From positions 28,146 to 92,145 of IMG/VR virus record IMGVR_UViG_3300033150_001135: a DNA stretch of 64,000 nt, one strand, 5' to 3'. The translations under genes were made by a program, and so were the position numbers. The notes under the pieces were generated by a model. The model was not told the origin of the DNA and made no database searches. It saw nothing but the letters and a program-made list of their open reading frames with translations. Positions 31,944 through 40,261 of the stretch are shown here, one piece after another. Within the stretch, counting starts at the first letter, position 1; each line of letters begins with the position of its first letter. Source of the DNA: a virus.

Positions 31944-32653
31944 AATATATAGTAATTACAGGGGCAAGTAAAGGAATAGGACATAAGTTATTAAGTGATC
32001 TTGTAGCAACTTTACCAGAGAGCGACTATAGAATCATACATATAAGTCGTACCCCTTCTAAGTTGCTATCTTCCTCTACTTGTACTTGGATAGAAGCAGA
32101 CTTAAGTACTGAAGAAGGGCTTCTAGACTGTCAGTTTCGTTTAACACGACAGATCGAAGAAGAAGAATTAGTTGTTTTAGTAAACAATGCGGGAGCTATG
32201 CCTTTGGGGCAAAGTTTTACAGAAACTACGTTTAAACGGTATAACGAGGTTATGGATTTGAATCTAAAAGCGGTGTTCTTTATGTGTAAGTTTTGTATAC
32301 CACTGATGTTGGACGGAGGGAGAATTGTTAACGTATCCTCTACTTCAGGAGTGAGAGCGGAGGAGGATGAGCATATAGTTCCTTACGGGGTAGCGAAAGC
32401 AGGAGTAATAATGCTAACTAAGTATCTTGCTCGTCTCTATCCTAGACTTTGCATTAATTCTGTGTCACCAGGATTTGTGGCTCCTACGGAGTTGGTACCA
32501 GGGGAAACCCCTAAATCCTTAATTGAAAGTATACCAAAGCAGCGGGAAGCAACAACGGGAGAAATATCCTCTATTATTCAGTATCTTTGTTTTGGTGACT
32601 CCGACTATATAACTGGCCAAAATTTTGTAATAGATGGAGGTAGTTCATTGTGA
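31940..32653 (+). CDS. Short-chain dehydrogenase/reductase
   Basis: TGASKGIG, VNNAG, YGVAK, NSVSPG, YITGQ..IDGG. Confidence 0.93.
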   Translation: MKYIVITGASKGIGHKLLSDLVATLPESDYRIIHISRTPSKLLSSSTCTWIEADLSTEEGLLDCQFRLTRQIEEEELVVLVNNAGAMPLGQSFTETTFKRYNEVMDLNLKAVFFMCKFCIPLMLDGGRIVNVSSTSGVRAEEDEHIVPYGVAKAGVIMLTKYLARLYPRLCINSVSPGFVAPTELVPGETPKSLIESIPKQREATTGEISSIIQYLCFGDSDYITGQNFVIDGGSSL

Positions 32654-33621
32654 GACGTAGTACAGATAAGAAAATTTTCGTTATAGGGGACGTAATGTTG
32701 GATCGTTATATCTACGGAACTACCACTCGTTTGTCTCCTGAGGCACCAGTTCCTGTAGTAGATATAAGCAGAGAGTCCCACTCGCTAGGGGGAGCAGGTA
32801 ACGTATACCAGAACTTAAAAGCACTTGGGGCACGAGTTGCTCTTTTCGGAGTTGTTGGGGCGGATTTACAAGGGAAGTTAGTTAAGGATTTAGTAGTGGG
32901 AGAACCGGTAGGTCTTCAGATTTCTCGTAGTAAACCCACGACTACAAAGACTCGTATCGTAGCGCGTCAACAACAACTTATTCGTTTGGATAGAGAAGAT
33001 AGAAGTGAAATAGAGTGGGAAGCAAGAGAAGCTATTAAAAGTTACGTAATAAGTAACTGTAAAGATGTAGATGGTATTGTTTTTTCAGACTATAACAAAG
33101 GGGTTGTTACAGATGCTTTAGTTACTCCTATTTTGGAACTTGCTAAGAAACGAGATATTCCAGTATTTGTAGATACTAAGAGAAAGGATGTATCCCTTTT
33201 CAATCCTATTACTTTTATTACCCCAAACCACGTGGAACTGGGGAGAGTTACTTTTTGGGACGAACGTCCATGTGAGACAGAAGAGGAAATAAGAAGAGGG
33301 GTAGAACGGTTGTTTAAAGCGATCGATACTAAGTATGTGATTGTAAAAAGAGGGGAGAATGGGACAATGTCCTTTGAGAAGAGAAAAGATAAAGTAGTGA
33401 GTTTCAGAGCTCTCGTACAGACTAGGAAAGTATACGATGTAACAGGAGCTGGGGATACTGTGTTAGCGGTGGTGGTACTAACTTATCTTATGGGATATTC
33501 TATAGAGGAGATAACAAAATTCGCTAACAAGGCGGGTGGTATGGTAGTAGAAAAAATGGGTACTGCCCAGGTAAAGAAGGAAGAACTATTTAACTTAGAA
33601 AAAGAAAAGGAGAGTAAATGA
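32650..33621 (+). CDS. rfaE1: PfkB-family heptose-phosphate kinase (HldE/RfaE kinase domain)
   Basis: VIGDVMLDRY..RLSPEAPVPVV, GGAGNV, SDYNKG, DVTGAGDT. Confidence 0.88.
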   Translation: MRRSTDKKIFVIGDVMLDRYIYGTTTRLSPEAPVPVVDISRESHSLGGAGNVYQNLKALGARVALFGVVGADLQGKLVKDLVVGEPVGLQISRSKPTTTKTRIVARQQQLIRLDREDRSEIEWEAREAIKSYVISNCKDVDGIVFSDYNKGVVTDALVTPILELAKKRDIPVFVDTKRKDVSLFNPITFITPNHVELGRVTFWDERPCETEEEIRRGVERLFKAIDTKYVIVKRGENGTMSFEKRKDKVVSFRALVQTRKVYDVTGAGDTVLAVVVLTYLMGYSIEEITKFANKAGGMVVEKMGTAQVKKEELFNLEKEKESK

Positions 33622-33622
33622 A

Positions 33623-34435
33623 ATGAGAGTATTAGCAGTAACATCAGGTGGTATGGATTCTATGGCAATGGGGGTAAAAGCTAAGCATGATGGACATGAA
33701 GTAGTTTTATTTCATGGCGATCTTGGGCAGAAGGCTGAACTACCTGAAAGGCGCGCAGTAAGAGTTTGTGGGGAAATATTAGGAGTGTCTACATACTTTG
33801 TTGATTTGTCGTGGGTTGGTAAGCTAAAAGGTAGTGTACTGACTGATCCAGCATTGGAGGTACCAAAAGGAATCGAATCACTTCGTGAAAGTAACCTTAT
33901 CACAAAAGACTATAGAAAGAAACAACATAAAGGGAAAGGTCTTTGGACTCCTGCTAGAAATGTCATTCTATTGGCGTCGGCTTCGGTATACGCAGAGAGA
34001 TATGGGTTTGATATGCTTACTTTGGGTGCTAACCAAAGTGAAACGGCTTATCCAGACAATAGACTTGAGTTCTTGAAACGGTTTGAATACATGTTAGAAT
34101 ATGGTACTTTAAGAGACATTGAAGTTTCTGCACCATTGTATGAAATGGACAAAGTTGACTTGGTAGAATGGGAATGGAAGAACGGCTATTCTAAAATACT
34201 TGCTCATACGTGGAGTTGTGACTTAGGAGAAGTGTATCAATGCGGAGAATGTGGATGTTGTATGAACCGGAGGTTGGCTTTCTACATAGCAAAACAAAGA
34301 GTGCCTGGAATAGAGGACAATCAGAGGTATGAGAATGAGAACTACTTTAGAGAGGTCTATCTACCAGCGATTCGGAAACCTGGTGCTATGAAAGGAATGT
34401 GGTTTGAAAAATATAGTGAACTTATTCTAAAGTAG
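33623..34435 (+). CDS. queC: 7-cyano-7-deazaguanine synthase
   Basis: SGGMDS, PARN, YPDNR, TWSC..CGECGCCMNR. Confidence 0.9.
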   Translation: MRVLAVTSGGMDSMAMGVKAKHDGHEVVLFHGDLGQKAELPERRAVRVCGEILGVSTYFVDLSWVGKLKGSVLTDPALEVPKGIESLRESNLITKDYRKKQHKGKGLWTPARNVILLASASVYAERYGFDMLTLGANQSETAYPDNRLEFLKRFEYMLEYGTLRDIEVSAPLYEMDKVDLVEWEWKNGYSKILAHTWSCDLGEVYQCGECGCCMNRRLAFYIAKQRVPGIEDNQRYENENYFREVYLPAIRKPGAMKGMWFEKYSELILK

Positions 34436-34454
34436 TGAGGGGAGGCGCTTAGTT

Positions 34455-35156
34455 ATGAGGAGAAAAAAAGATGTATTGATGTGGTCAGGTGGATTAGATT
34501 CGACGATTGCATACTTCTACTTGGGAAAGCCTCGTACTGTGTTTGTAGATTTGGGACATCGTTATGCTAACATAGAACGACTTACCACAGCTACGTTGGC
34601 TAAAGAGTTGGATATGGATTACGTTGTTGATACGAGATTGTTTCTAGGTGATATGGAGAAGGAAGATGCTGAGATACCAATGCGAAATATGTTTCTAGCT
34701 ATGGTGGGTGCTTTGTATGGAGACAATGTTTATATGGTTTTTCAGAAAGGGGAACAGAGTTTACCTGATCGTAGTATAAGGTTTGTTAAAGGAGCATCTC
34801 GTCTTCTATCGTACTTGAATAGTAGAACAGTGGAAGTTTGTAATGTTTTTCCACATCTTACTAAGGCACAAATGATTAGTTGGTATCGTAGTAAGGGATA
34901 TTCTGTAGATATACTATACGAAACTGTTAGTTGTTTTTCTGAGGATGAGTCAGAAATACCATGCGGACGGTGTAAAGCATGCTTTAGAAGATGGATAGCA
35001 TTCGAATGCAATCATTTACCAGTAGGATTCAATAACGATATAACAAAGTGGGATGGAATTCAAGAGTATGTGAAGAAAATGAAGGCAGGGGAATACGATC
35101 AACAACGAGTTAAAGAGACAAAAATAGTATTGGAGCGATATGGATTATGGAAGTAA
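34455..35156 (+). CDS. Second QueC-like PP-loop ATPase
   Basis: SGGLDS, IPMRN, DRS, TVSCF..CGRCKACFRR. Confidence 0.85.
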   Translation: MRRKKDVLMWSGGLDSTIAYFYLGKPRTVFVDLGHRYANIERLTTATLAKELDMDYVVDTRLFLGDMEKEDAEIPMRNMFLAMVGALYGDNVYMVFQKGEQSLPDRSIRFVKGASRLLSYLNSRTVEVCNVFPHLTKAQMISWYRSKGYSVDILYETVSCFSEDESEIPCGRCKACFRRWIAFECNHLPVGFNNDITKWDGIQEYVKKMKAGEYDQQRVKETKIVLERYGLWK

Positions 35157-36244
35157 AATGGGAATTTAGAAAGTTTTGTAGAATATTTGAAATAGTGAAC
35201 AAGTTTTCTTCTCCTAATGATATTTTTCCTCCTAGTAATTATATTTTTGTAGATGCAAAGTTAGGAGGGGTTGCTGTGATATCCTTAGTTGGTGGTGTTC
35301 TATACTACGGGGGGGTGGATACTGCATTGGAAAATGGAGTTTTTCCTATTTCTGTCTTTAGTAAAGTTAGTTCTTTTGTTTCGAAACATGAAAATTTAGT
35401 GGTTAAGAAATTGGAGGATGGTCGTTGGAAATTGACTATAGGACGACTTCGAGTTTACATGCCTTCTATACAAGAAGTTGAATGTGGGTTACCAAGTATA
35501 GAAAATGATGCTATTGTAGCGTTTTCTAACGATGTATTTAATACCATGGGGCGTATGTTATTTTCTGTATCAAAAGATATGAATCGTGTAAATCTTTACG
35601 GTATATGGTATTCACATAAAGATGGTAGACTTTACTGCTCTGATAACTACCGTATCGTGCGAACTGTTCAAGACCACTTGCTAGACAACGTTTCAAACGA
35701 TGTATTTTTTCCTAGAAGATTTCTTGAGCGTACATTTAGTTTAGATGTTTCTCCAGAAGGATTTTCAAGTGGAAACGTTCTTACTTTCTATTATAGTGGA
35801 AAGGAGGAATTTATTTGTTATACTAAGCTCCCCGAACCTAAGATGCCTCCATTCTTAGAAGTGTTTGAAAAATTAGAAGGAGGGAAGCGTATAGCTACTA
35901 TACTTCTAGATACTAGTAAAAGTACATTACTGGATTTTAGTACACTTTTACGTGAGCAAAGTGAGTGGGGTAGATTGAAGGTTTGGATAGAAGGTCAAGA
36001 ACTACTTATAGAAAACTTAGCAAATACTAGTGATGGATCTGACAAAAGTGGGTCAACTTTTAAGCTATCTATTCCAGTTGTGAAATTAGAAAGTGATGAA
36101 AAAAGTATTTCTTTTGTAACTACTACAAGGTTTTTCTTAGAGGCGTTACTCCGTTTCAATTCTTTTGATATTGTTTCTGATAAATGGTTATACTTTAGTA
36201 ACGAAGAGATTGAACACATTGTTTACCTAGTGAAAGGAAAGTAA
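35147..36244 (+). CDS. Diverged DNA sliding-clamp (beta-clamp-like) protein
   Basis: 365 aa; FSVSKDMNRVNLYGI..LYCSDNYRI resembles the beta-clamp domain II motif. Confidence 0.55.
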   Translation: MEVKWEFRKFCRIFEIVNKFSSPNDIFPPSNYIFVDAKLGGVAVISLVGGVLYYGGVDTALENGVFPISVFSKVSSFVSKHENLVVKKLEDGRWKLTIGRLRVYMPSIQEVECGLPSIENDAIVAFSNDVFNTMGRMLFSVSKDMNRVNLYGIWYSHKDGRLYCSDNYRIVRTVQDHLLDNVSNDVFFPRRFLERTFSLDVSPEGFSSGNVLTFYYSGKEEFICYTKLPEPKMPPFLEVFEKLEGGKRIATILLDTSKSTLLDFSTLLREQSEWGRLKVWIEGQELLIENLANTSDGSDKSGSTFKLSIPVVKLESDEKSISFVTTTRFFLEALLRFNSFDIVSDKWLYFSNEEIEHIVYLVKGK

Positions 36245-36246
36245 GT

Positions 36247-37215
36247 ATGGATACTACGACTAAATTTAAGTTGTATTTTGTTATACATCCTGTTCCTACT
36301 TTTAGAATGCAGGAGTTTTTTGAAAAAGGATTATGGAACCGGTTACTTTGTAGTTTTGCTTACAAAGAAAATATATACCAGTTTCTAGAGGCAGTGGATG
36401 ATCCTCACAAAGTGGAGATATTACTTGATAGTGGGGCTTTTACAACAATGACACAAGGTAAAGAAGTAGACATTGATGCATACGTTGACTTTTTGTGGGA
36501 AATGAAGGAGAAGAACTTTAAGTCGTTGTATGCTATTTGTCTTGACACTATTCCTACGGAGTTGGAAACGACACACTTGAATAAGTGTGCAAGAGAGACA
36601 TTTGAAACTTACCAGTATATACGAAGTAAAGGAATAGATTTTGTGGTTCCAGTTTACCATACAGGTGAACCTCTTAGCTGGTTGGATAAGATAGTTGAAG
36701 AGGGGTGTGACTATATTACTGTTGGTGGGGTAGCGAGACGATCGACACGTTCACATAAGAGAGATGCATTTCGTAGAGTTTTCATAAAACTTAGTCGTTT
36801 AGGGTATACTGGTAGAATGCATGGGTTAGGGGTTTACGCATCGGAGTTTTTGAAGGATTTTCCATGGTATTCGGTTGATGCAGCTACAGCTTCTTTGGGT
36901 TCGGGATTCGGAAGTGTTTATGTGTTTGACCCAGAGGTTGAAGAGGTAAAAGCGTACAATGTTTCGGGACTAAAGGCTGGTAGTTCCTCAAATAAAGTAC
37001 GAACGGAGATTGAGAAGAAAGTTTTGGTTAAGTATTTGAATAATGTTGGGTTGGATATAGAAAGTTGGGATGATTTGTCGGAGTATTATGTCCGGTTGGA
37101 GGCATCCTACAGATCATGGAGAGCTTTTGAAAAATTTCTAGCTTCTAGTACTCATTTGAAGAGAAATAGGTTTATGAGTGATGGATACCAAGGTAGTTTA
37201 GACGATGAATTTTGA
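36247..37215 (+). CDS. dpdA: DpdA-like DNA 7-deazaguanine transglycosylase (TGT fold)
   Basis: LLDSGAFT, CLD, PVYH, VGG, MHGLG and SVD motifs, in a folE/queC context. Confidence 0.8.
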   Translation: MDTTTKFKLYFVIHPVPTFRMQEFFEKGLWNRLLCSFAYKENIYQFLEAVDDPHKVEILLDSGAFTTMTQGKEVDIDAYVDFLWEMKEKNFKSLYAICLDTIPTELETTHLNKCARETFETYQYIRSKGIDFVVPVYHTGEPLSWLDKIVEEGCDYITVGGVARRSTRSHKRDAFRRVFIKLSRLGYTGRMHGLGVYASEFLKDFPWYSVDAATASLGSGFGSVYVFDPEVEEVKAYNVSGLKAGSSSNKVRTEIEKKVLVKYLNNVGLDIESWDDLSEYYVRLEASYRSWRAFEKFLASSTHLKRNRFMSDGYQGSLDDEF

Positions 37216-39718
37216 CGAAGAACAACAAACAGTAGTTTTTAAACAGGAGGAACTGTTGACTCCTAGAGAGATCAAAAAGTATTTTGGTGTTGGGGTTAGG
37301 GGGCATGGTAAACAACGTTTGTATTCTTTGGATGAAGTGGAGGAGTTGATTAAGAACGGGACTTTTAAGAAATTGGATTCTAAAGCTCCTACAAATCCTT
37401 GTGATACGTGTCCTTTTAAGGGAAAGAAACCTGTTCCAAGTAGTGGTGACTTTAGAAAAGCGAAAGTAGTTTTTGTGGGGGAAGCTCCAGGAAGAAACGA
37501 GGAAAGAGAAGGGATACCGTTTATAGGACAAGCAGGAAGAGTATTAAAGAGAACAATGTCGGAGTTGGGGATTAAAGAAAGTGATGTTGTTTTTACAAAT
37601 ATATGTCGTTGTCGTCCACCCGGTAACCAGCCGCCTCCTGAAAAAGTAGTAAGTAGTTGTAAAAAGTATCTGTTAAAAGAGTTAGAAGAGTTTAAGGGAC
37701 TTATAGTTTTATTGGGTAGTACTGCTTTACAAGCTTTGCTGGGTAAATTCGGAGTATTGAAAATACGGGGGTATGGGTTCTTTAAAGAAGATAGAGACTA
37801 TCTGGTTACCTACCATCCGGCGTATGTATTACGTAACCAAGGAACTGAAGTTGAGAAAAACTTTACTGAGGATCTTAGGAAGGTAAAACAATGGATGGAT
37901 GGTCCTAAAAGTATACTATATGAAACAATAGATACTCCTGAACGATTCGATACGTTTTTGGATAGGATTAGTAGGGTTACTAAGTTTTCTTTTGATCTTG
38001 AAACAACTTCATTGTCTCCATTTGATGAAGATTCAAGAGTATTGTCTATTTCTTTTTCTTGGGGGGAAGGGAAGGAGAAGAACTGGTTTCTACCGTTGGA
38101 ACATAGTTCTAGTCCCTTCTTAGGAGAAACTAGTAAACTAATGAAGAAGCTTCAACCAGTATTCGAAGACAAGGAGAAAAAGATAGTAACTCAGAATGGT
38201 AAGTTTGATGTGAAGTGGCTTAGAAAAAAGTATGGAATTATAGTCAAACGTTTGTGGTTTGACACTATGTTGGCACACTATCTTATAGAAGGTAAGTATG
38301 CTCCTAGAAGTTTGAAGAGTATGGTTTGGAGTTATGATACTGGTTATGGAGGTTATGCAATTTCTACTGATAACCTAGATAAGTTACCGTTAAAAGAAGT
38401 GGGACGATATAATGTTATGGATTCTTTTCTCACTTATCTAATAGCGAGGAAGCAGAAAGATAAGTTACTAGAAGCACAATACTACTTGTTAACACGAATT
38501 CTATCTCCTATTCAGCAAGTTCTAGCTGAGATGGAACTAAGTGGAATTAAATTGGATTGGAATACTCTTGTTTCAAGAGTAGAGCAGACACAAGAAGAGT
38601 TGAAGGATTTAGAGACACGTATGCATGGTTACAAAGAAATAGAGGAGTTGGAAGAGAGAAATAGTAGTCTTGTAAATTTTAATTCATCGAAACAGTTGGT
38701 AGAAGTATTTGGAGCTATCGGTATCTACCCTGCTAAGAGAACGAAGAAAACTGGTTCCGTTTCCACTGATAATGAAGCATTGAAAGAAATTGAAGGGAAA
38801 CATCCTGTGGTAGGTGACCTTCTGGAATATAGAAAAGTTGGTAAAATTCTTTCAACATACTTAGCGCCGTATTATGAGAATTCTAAGGATAGGGTAGTAC
38901 ATGCAAACTATCTACTAGATAGGACTGCTACGGGGCGTTTGTCATGTGAGAATCCTAACCTGCAAAACGTACCTGTTGATGTGAGGAAAGTGTTTACGTG
39001 TAAGAATGACTTTCTATTGGAAGCTGACTATTCACAACTAGAGTTACGTGTGCTTACTTGTTATACGAAGGATGAAAAGTTTGTGGAAGCTTTTAGTAGC
39101 GGCGCTGATATCCATGAAGCAACTCGTTTCAGCATGTTTGGAGAGGAGACTGATCGAAGAAAAAAGAAGGAACAAAGGGTGAAAGCAAAAGGAGTAAATT
39201 TTGGGGTAGTATACGGTATTTCGGAATTTAGTTTAGCAAAAGAATTGAAATGCAGCCACAGGGAGGCTAGGAAATTTATTGATAAGTTTTACGCTACTTA
39301 TGAAGGAGTTGCGAAGTGGGTACAAGATGTTAAAGATTTTGTTAAGAGTAACAAATACTACGAAACAGTGTTTGGGCGTAGAAGATACTTTAGATACTCA
39401 GTTCGTGATAGTATGGCGAGTAAGGAGGCAAAGTTAAGAGAGGCGGTTAACTTTCCTATTCAGTCTACTGCTAGAGACCTGGTTTTTGATGCAGAAGTTA
39501 GGATGTGGCGGGTGATGCGGGAACTTGGAATGAAATCAGAAATGATAGCCGATACGCATGACGCGGTTCTTTTTGATGTTGTGGATAAGGAGTTAGAGGT
39601 TCTAGTTGATATGGCAAAAACTATAATGGAGAATTTTGATCACTTCTCCTTCGTAAATGTACCTATTAAAATCGATCTTTCGTTAGGGAAGGTATGGGGG
39701 GAATTGGAGAAGTTGTAG
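37205..39718 (+). CDS. polA: Family A DNA polymerase with N-terminal uracil-DNA-glycosylase-like (family 4) domain and 3'-5' exonuclease
   Basis: GEAPG..PFIGQAG, CRCRPP, TYHPA; FDLET, NGKFD; TATGRLS..PNLQN, DYSQLELR, KGVNFGVVYG, HDA. Confidence 0.95.
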   Translation: MNFDEEQQTVVFKQEELLTPREIKKYFGVGVRGHGKQRLYSLDEVEELIKNGTFKKLDSKAPTNPCDTCPFKGKKPVPSSGDFRKAKVVFVGEAPGRNEEREGIPFIGQAGRVLKRTMSELGIKESDVVFTNICRCRPPGNQPPPEKVVSSCKKYLLKELEEFKGLIVLLGSTALQALLGKFGVLKIRGYGFFKEDRDYLVTYHPAYVLRNQGTEVEKNFTEDLRKVKQWMDGPKSILYETIDTPERFDTFLDRISRVTKFSFDLETTSLSPFDEDSRVLSISFSWGEGKEKNWFLPLEHSSSPFLGETSKLMKKLQPVFEDKEKKIVTQNGKFDVKWLRKKYGIIVKRLWFDTMLAHYLIEGKYAPRSLKSMVWSYDTGYGGYAISTDNLDKLPLKEVGRYNVMDSFLTYLIARKQKDKLLEAQYYLLTRILSPIQQVLAEMELSGIKLDWNTLVSRVEQTQEELKDLETRMHGYKEIEELEERNSSLVNFNSSKQLVEVFGAIGIYPAKRTKKTGSVSTDNEALKEIEGKHPVVGDLLEYRKVGKILSTYLAPYYENSKDRVVHANYLLDRTATGRLSCENPNLQNVPVDVRKVFTCKNDFLLEADYSQLELRVLTCYTKDEKFVEAFSSGADIHEATRFSMFGEETDRRKKKEQRVKAKGVNFGVVYGISEFSLAKELKCSHREARKFIDKFYATYEGVAKWVQDVKDFVKSNKYYETVFGRRRYFRYSVRDSMASKEAKLREAVNFPIQSTARDLVFDAEVRMWRVMRELGMKSEMIADTHDAVLFDVVDKELEVLVDMAKTIMENFDHFSFVNVPIKIDLSLGKVWGELEKL

Positions 39719-39745
39719 TGACTGAGAAAAAAATTAAAAAAAGGC

Positions 39746-39774
39746 TTGATTTTTCTAACAAAGTTCTTTATAAT
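39746..39774 (+). promoter_or_regulatory. Sigma70-type promoter (copy 3) directly upstream of guide-RNA array 1
   Basis: TTGATT-TTTCTAACAAAGTTCTT-TATAAT; predicted +1 near 39781, about 7 nt before the first repeat. Confidence 0.85.
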
Positions 39775-39787
39775 AGAAGTATGAGAG

Positions 39788-40007
39788 AGCGAGCCATAGT
39801 CACTGAGAAATCCATGAGTCAAGAGCGAGCCACGTTAGGAAAGAAACCCAGTCGAGAAGAGCGAGCCATGATCTCAAAGAAACCCAGGACGAATAAGCGA
39901 GCCACCTTTCCAAAGAAACCCAATGAAAAGGAGCGAGCCACGGTTCATGAGAAACCCACGATACTTGAGCGAGCCGTAATCGCTGAGAAATCCATGAATA
40001 GAGAGCG
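39788..40007 (+). ncRNA. TIGR-type dual-spacer guide RNA array 1 (6 units of 36 nt)
   Basis: AGCGAGCCA-N9-AGAAA(C/T)CCA-N9 starting at 39788, 39824, 39860, 39896, 39932, 39968. Confidence 0.9.
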
Positions 40008-40023
40008 CTATCTAAAAACTAAA

Positions 40024-40239
40024 GACAGCATGAAAGAGAATTGGCAGTTCCTACAAAATAAGACATTGCGTATGCCTACTACTGCCCGCTGTCGAATAAA
40101 TGCTTGCAGAGGATGTTCCTACTTAGAAACTGATACTTTCTGCTTACATCCCGTAAGCATCATAAATTATGTGGTTAGTAGCCAGCATAAAACGGTTCCT
40201 ACTATATTAACCCACTTACACCACATACCGTTCGCTGGC
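40024..40239 (+). ncRNA. Array of three covarying stem-loop RNAs with conserved GTTCCTAC and variable 22-25 nt loops
   Basis: Units 40024-40093, 40100-40160, 40181-40239; inner stems GGCAGT/ACTGCC, GGATGT/ACATCC, AACGGT/ACCGTT; unpaired C; outer stems GACAGC/GCTGTC, ATGCTTGC/GTAAGCAT, GCCAGC/GCTGGC. Confidence 0.8.
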
Positions 40240-40261
40240 ATTTTAAAAGGAGAATCGTAAC

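Noticed and set aside
39716-39729. TAGTGACTGAGAAA nearly duplicates the first spacer plus loop start (39797-39810)
   Set aside because: Could be a relic unit, but it is a single 13/14 match with no partner half-site, too weak to call
39694-40260. 188-aa ORF with 12-aa periodicity (ERA..KKP)
   Set aside because: It spans a promoter and two RNA arrays; the periodicity simply reflects the 36-nt repeat
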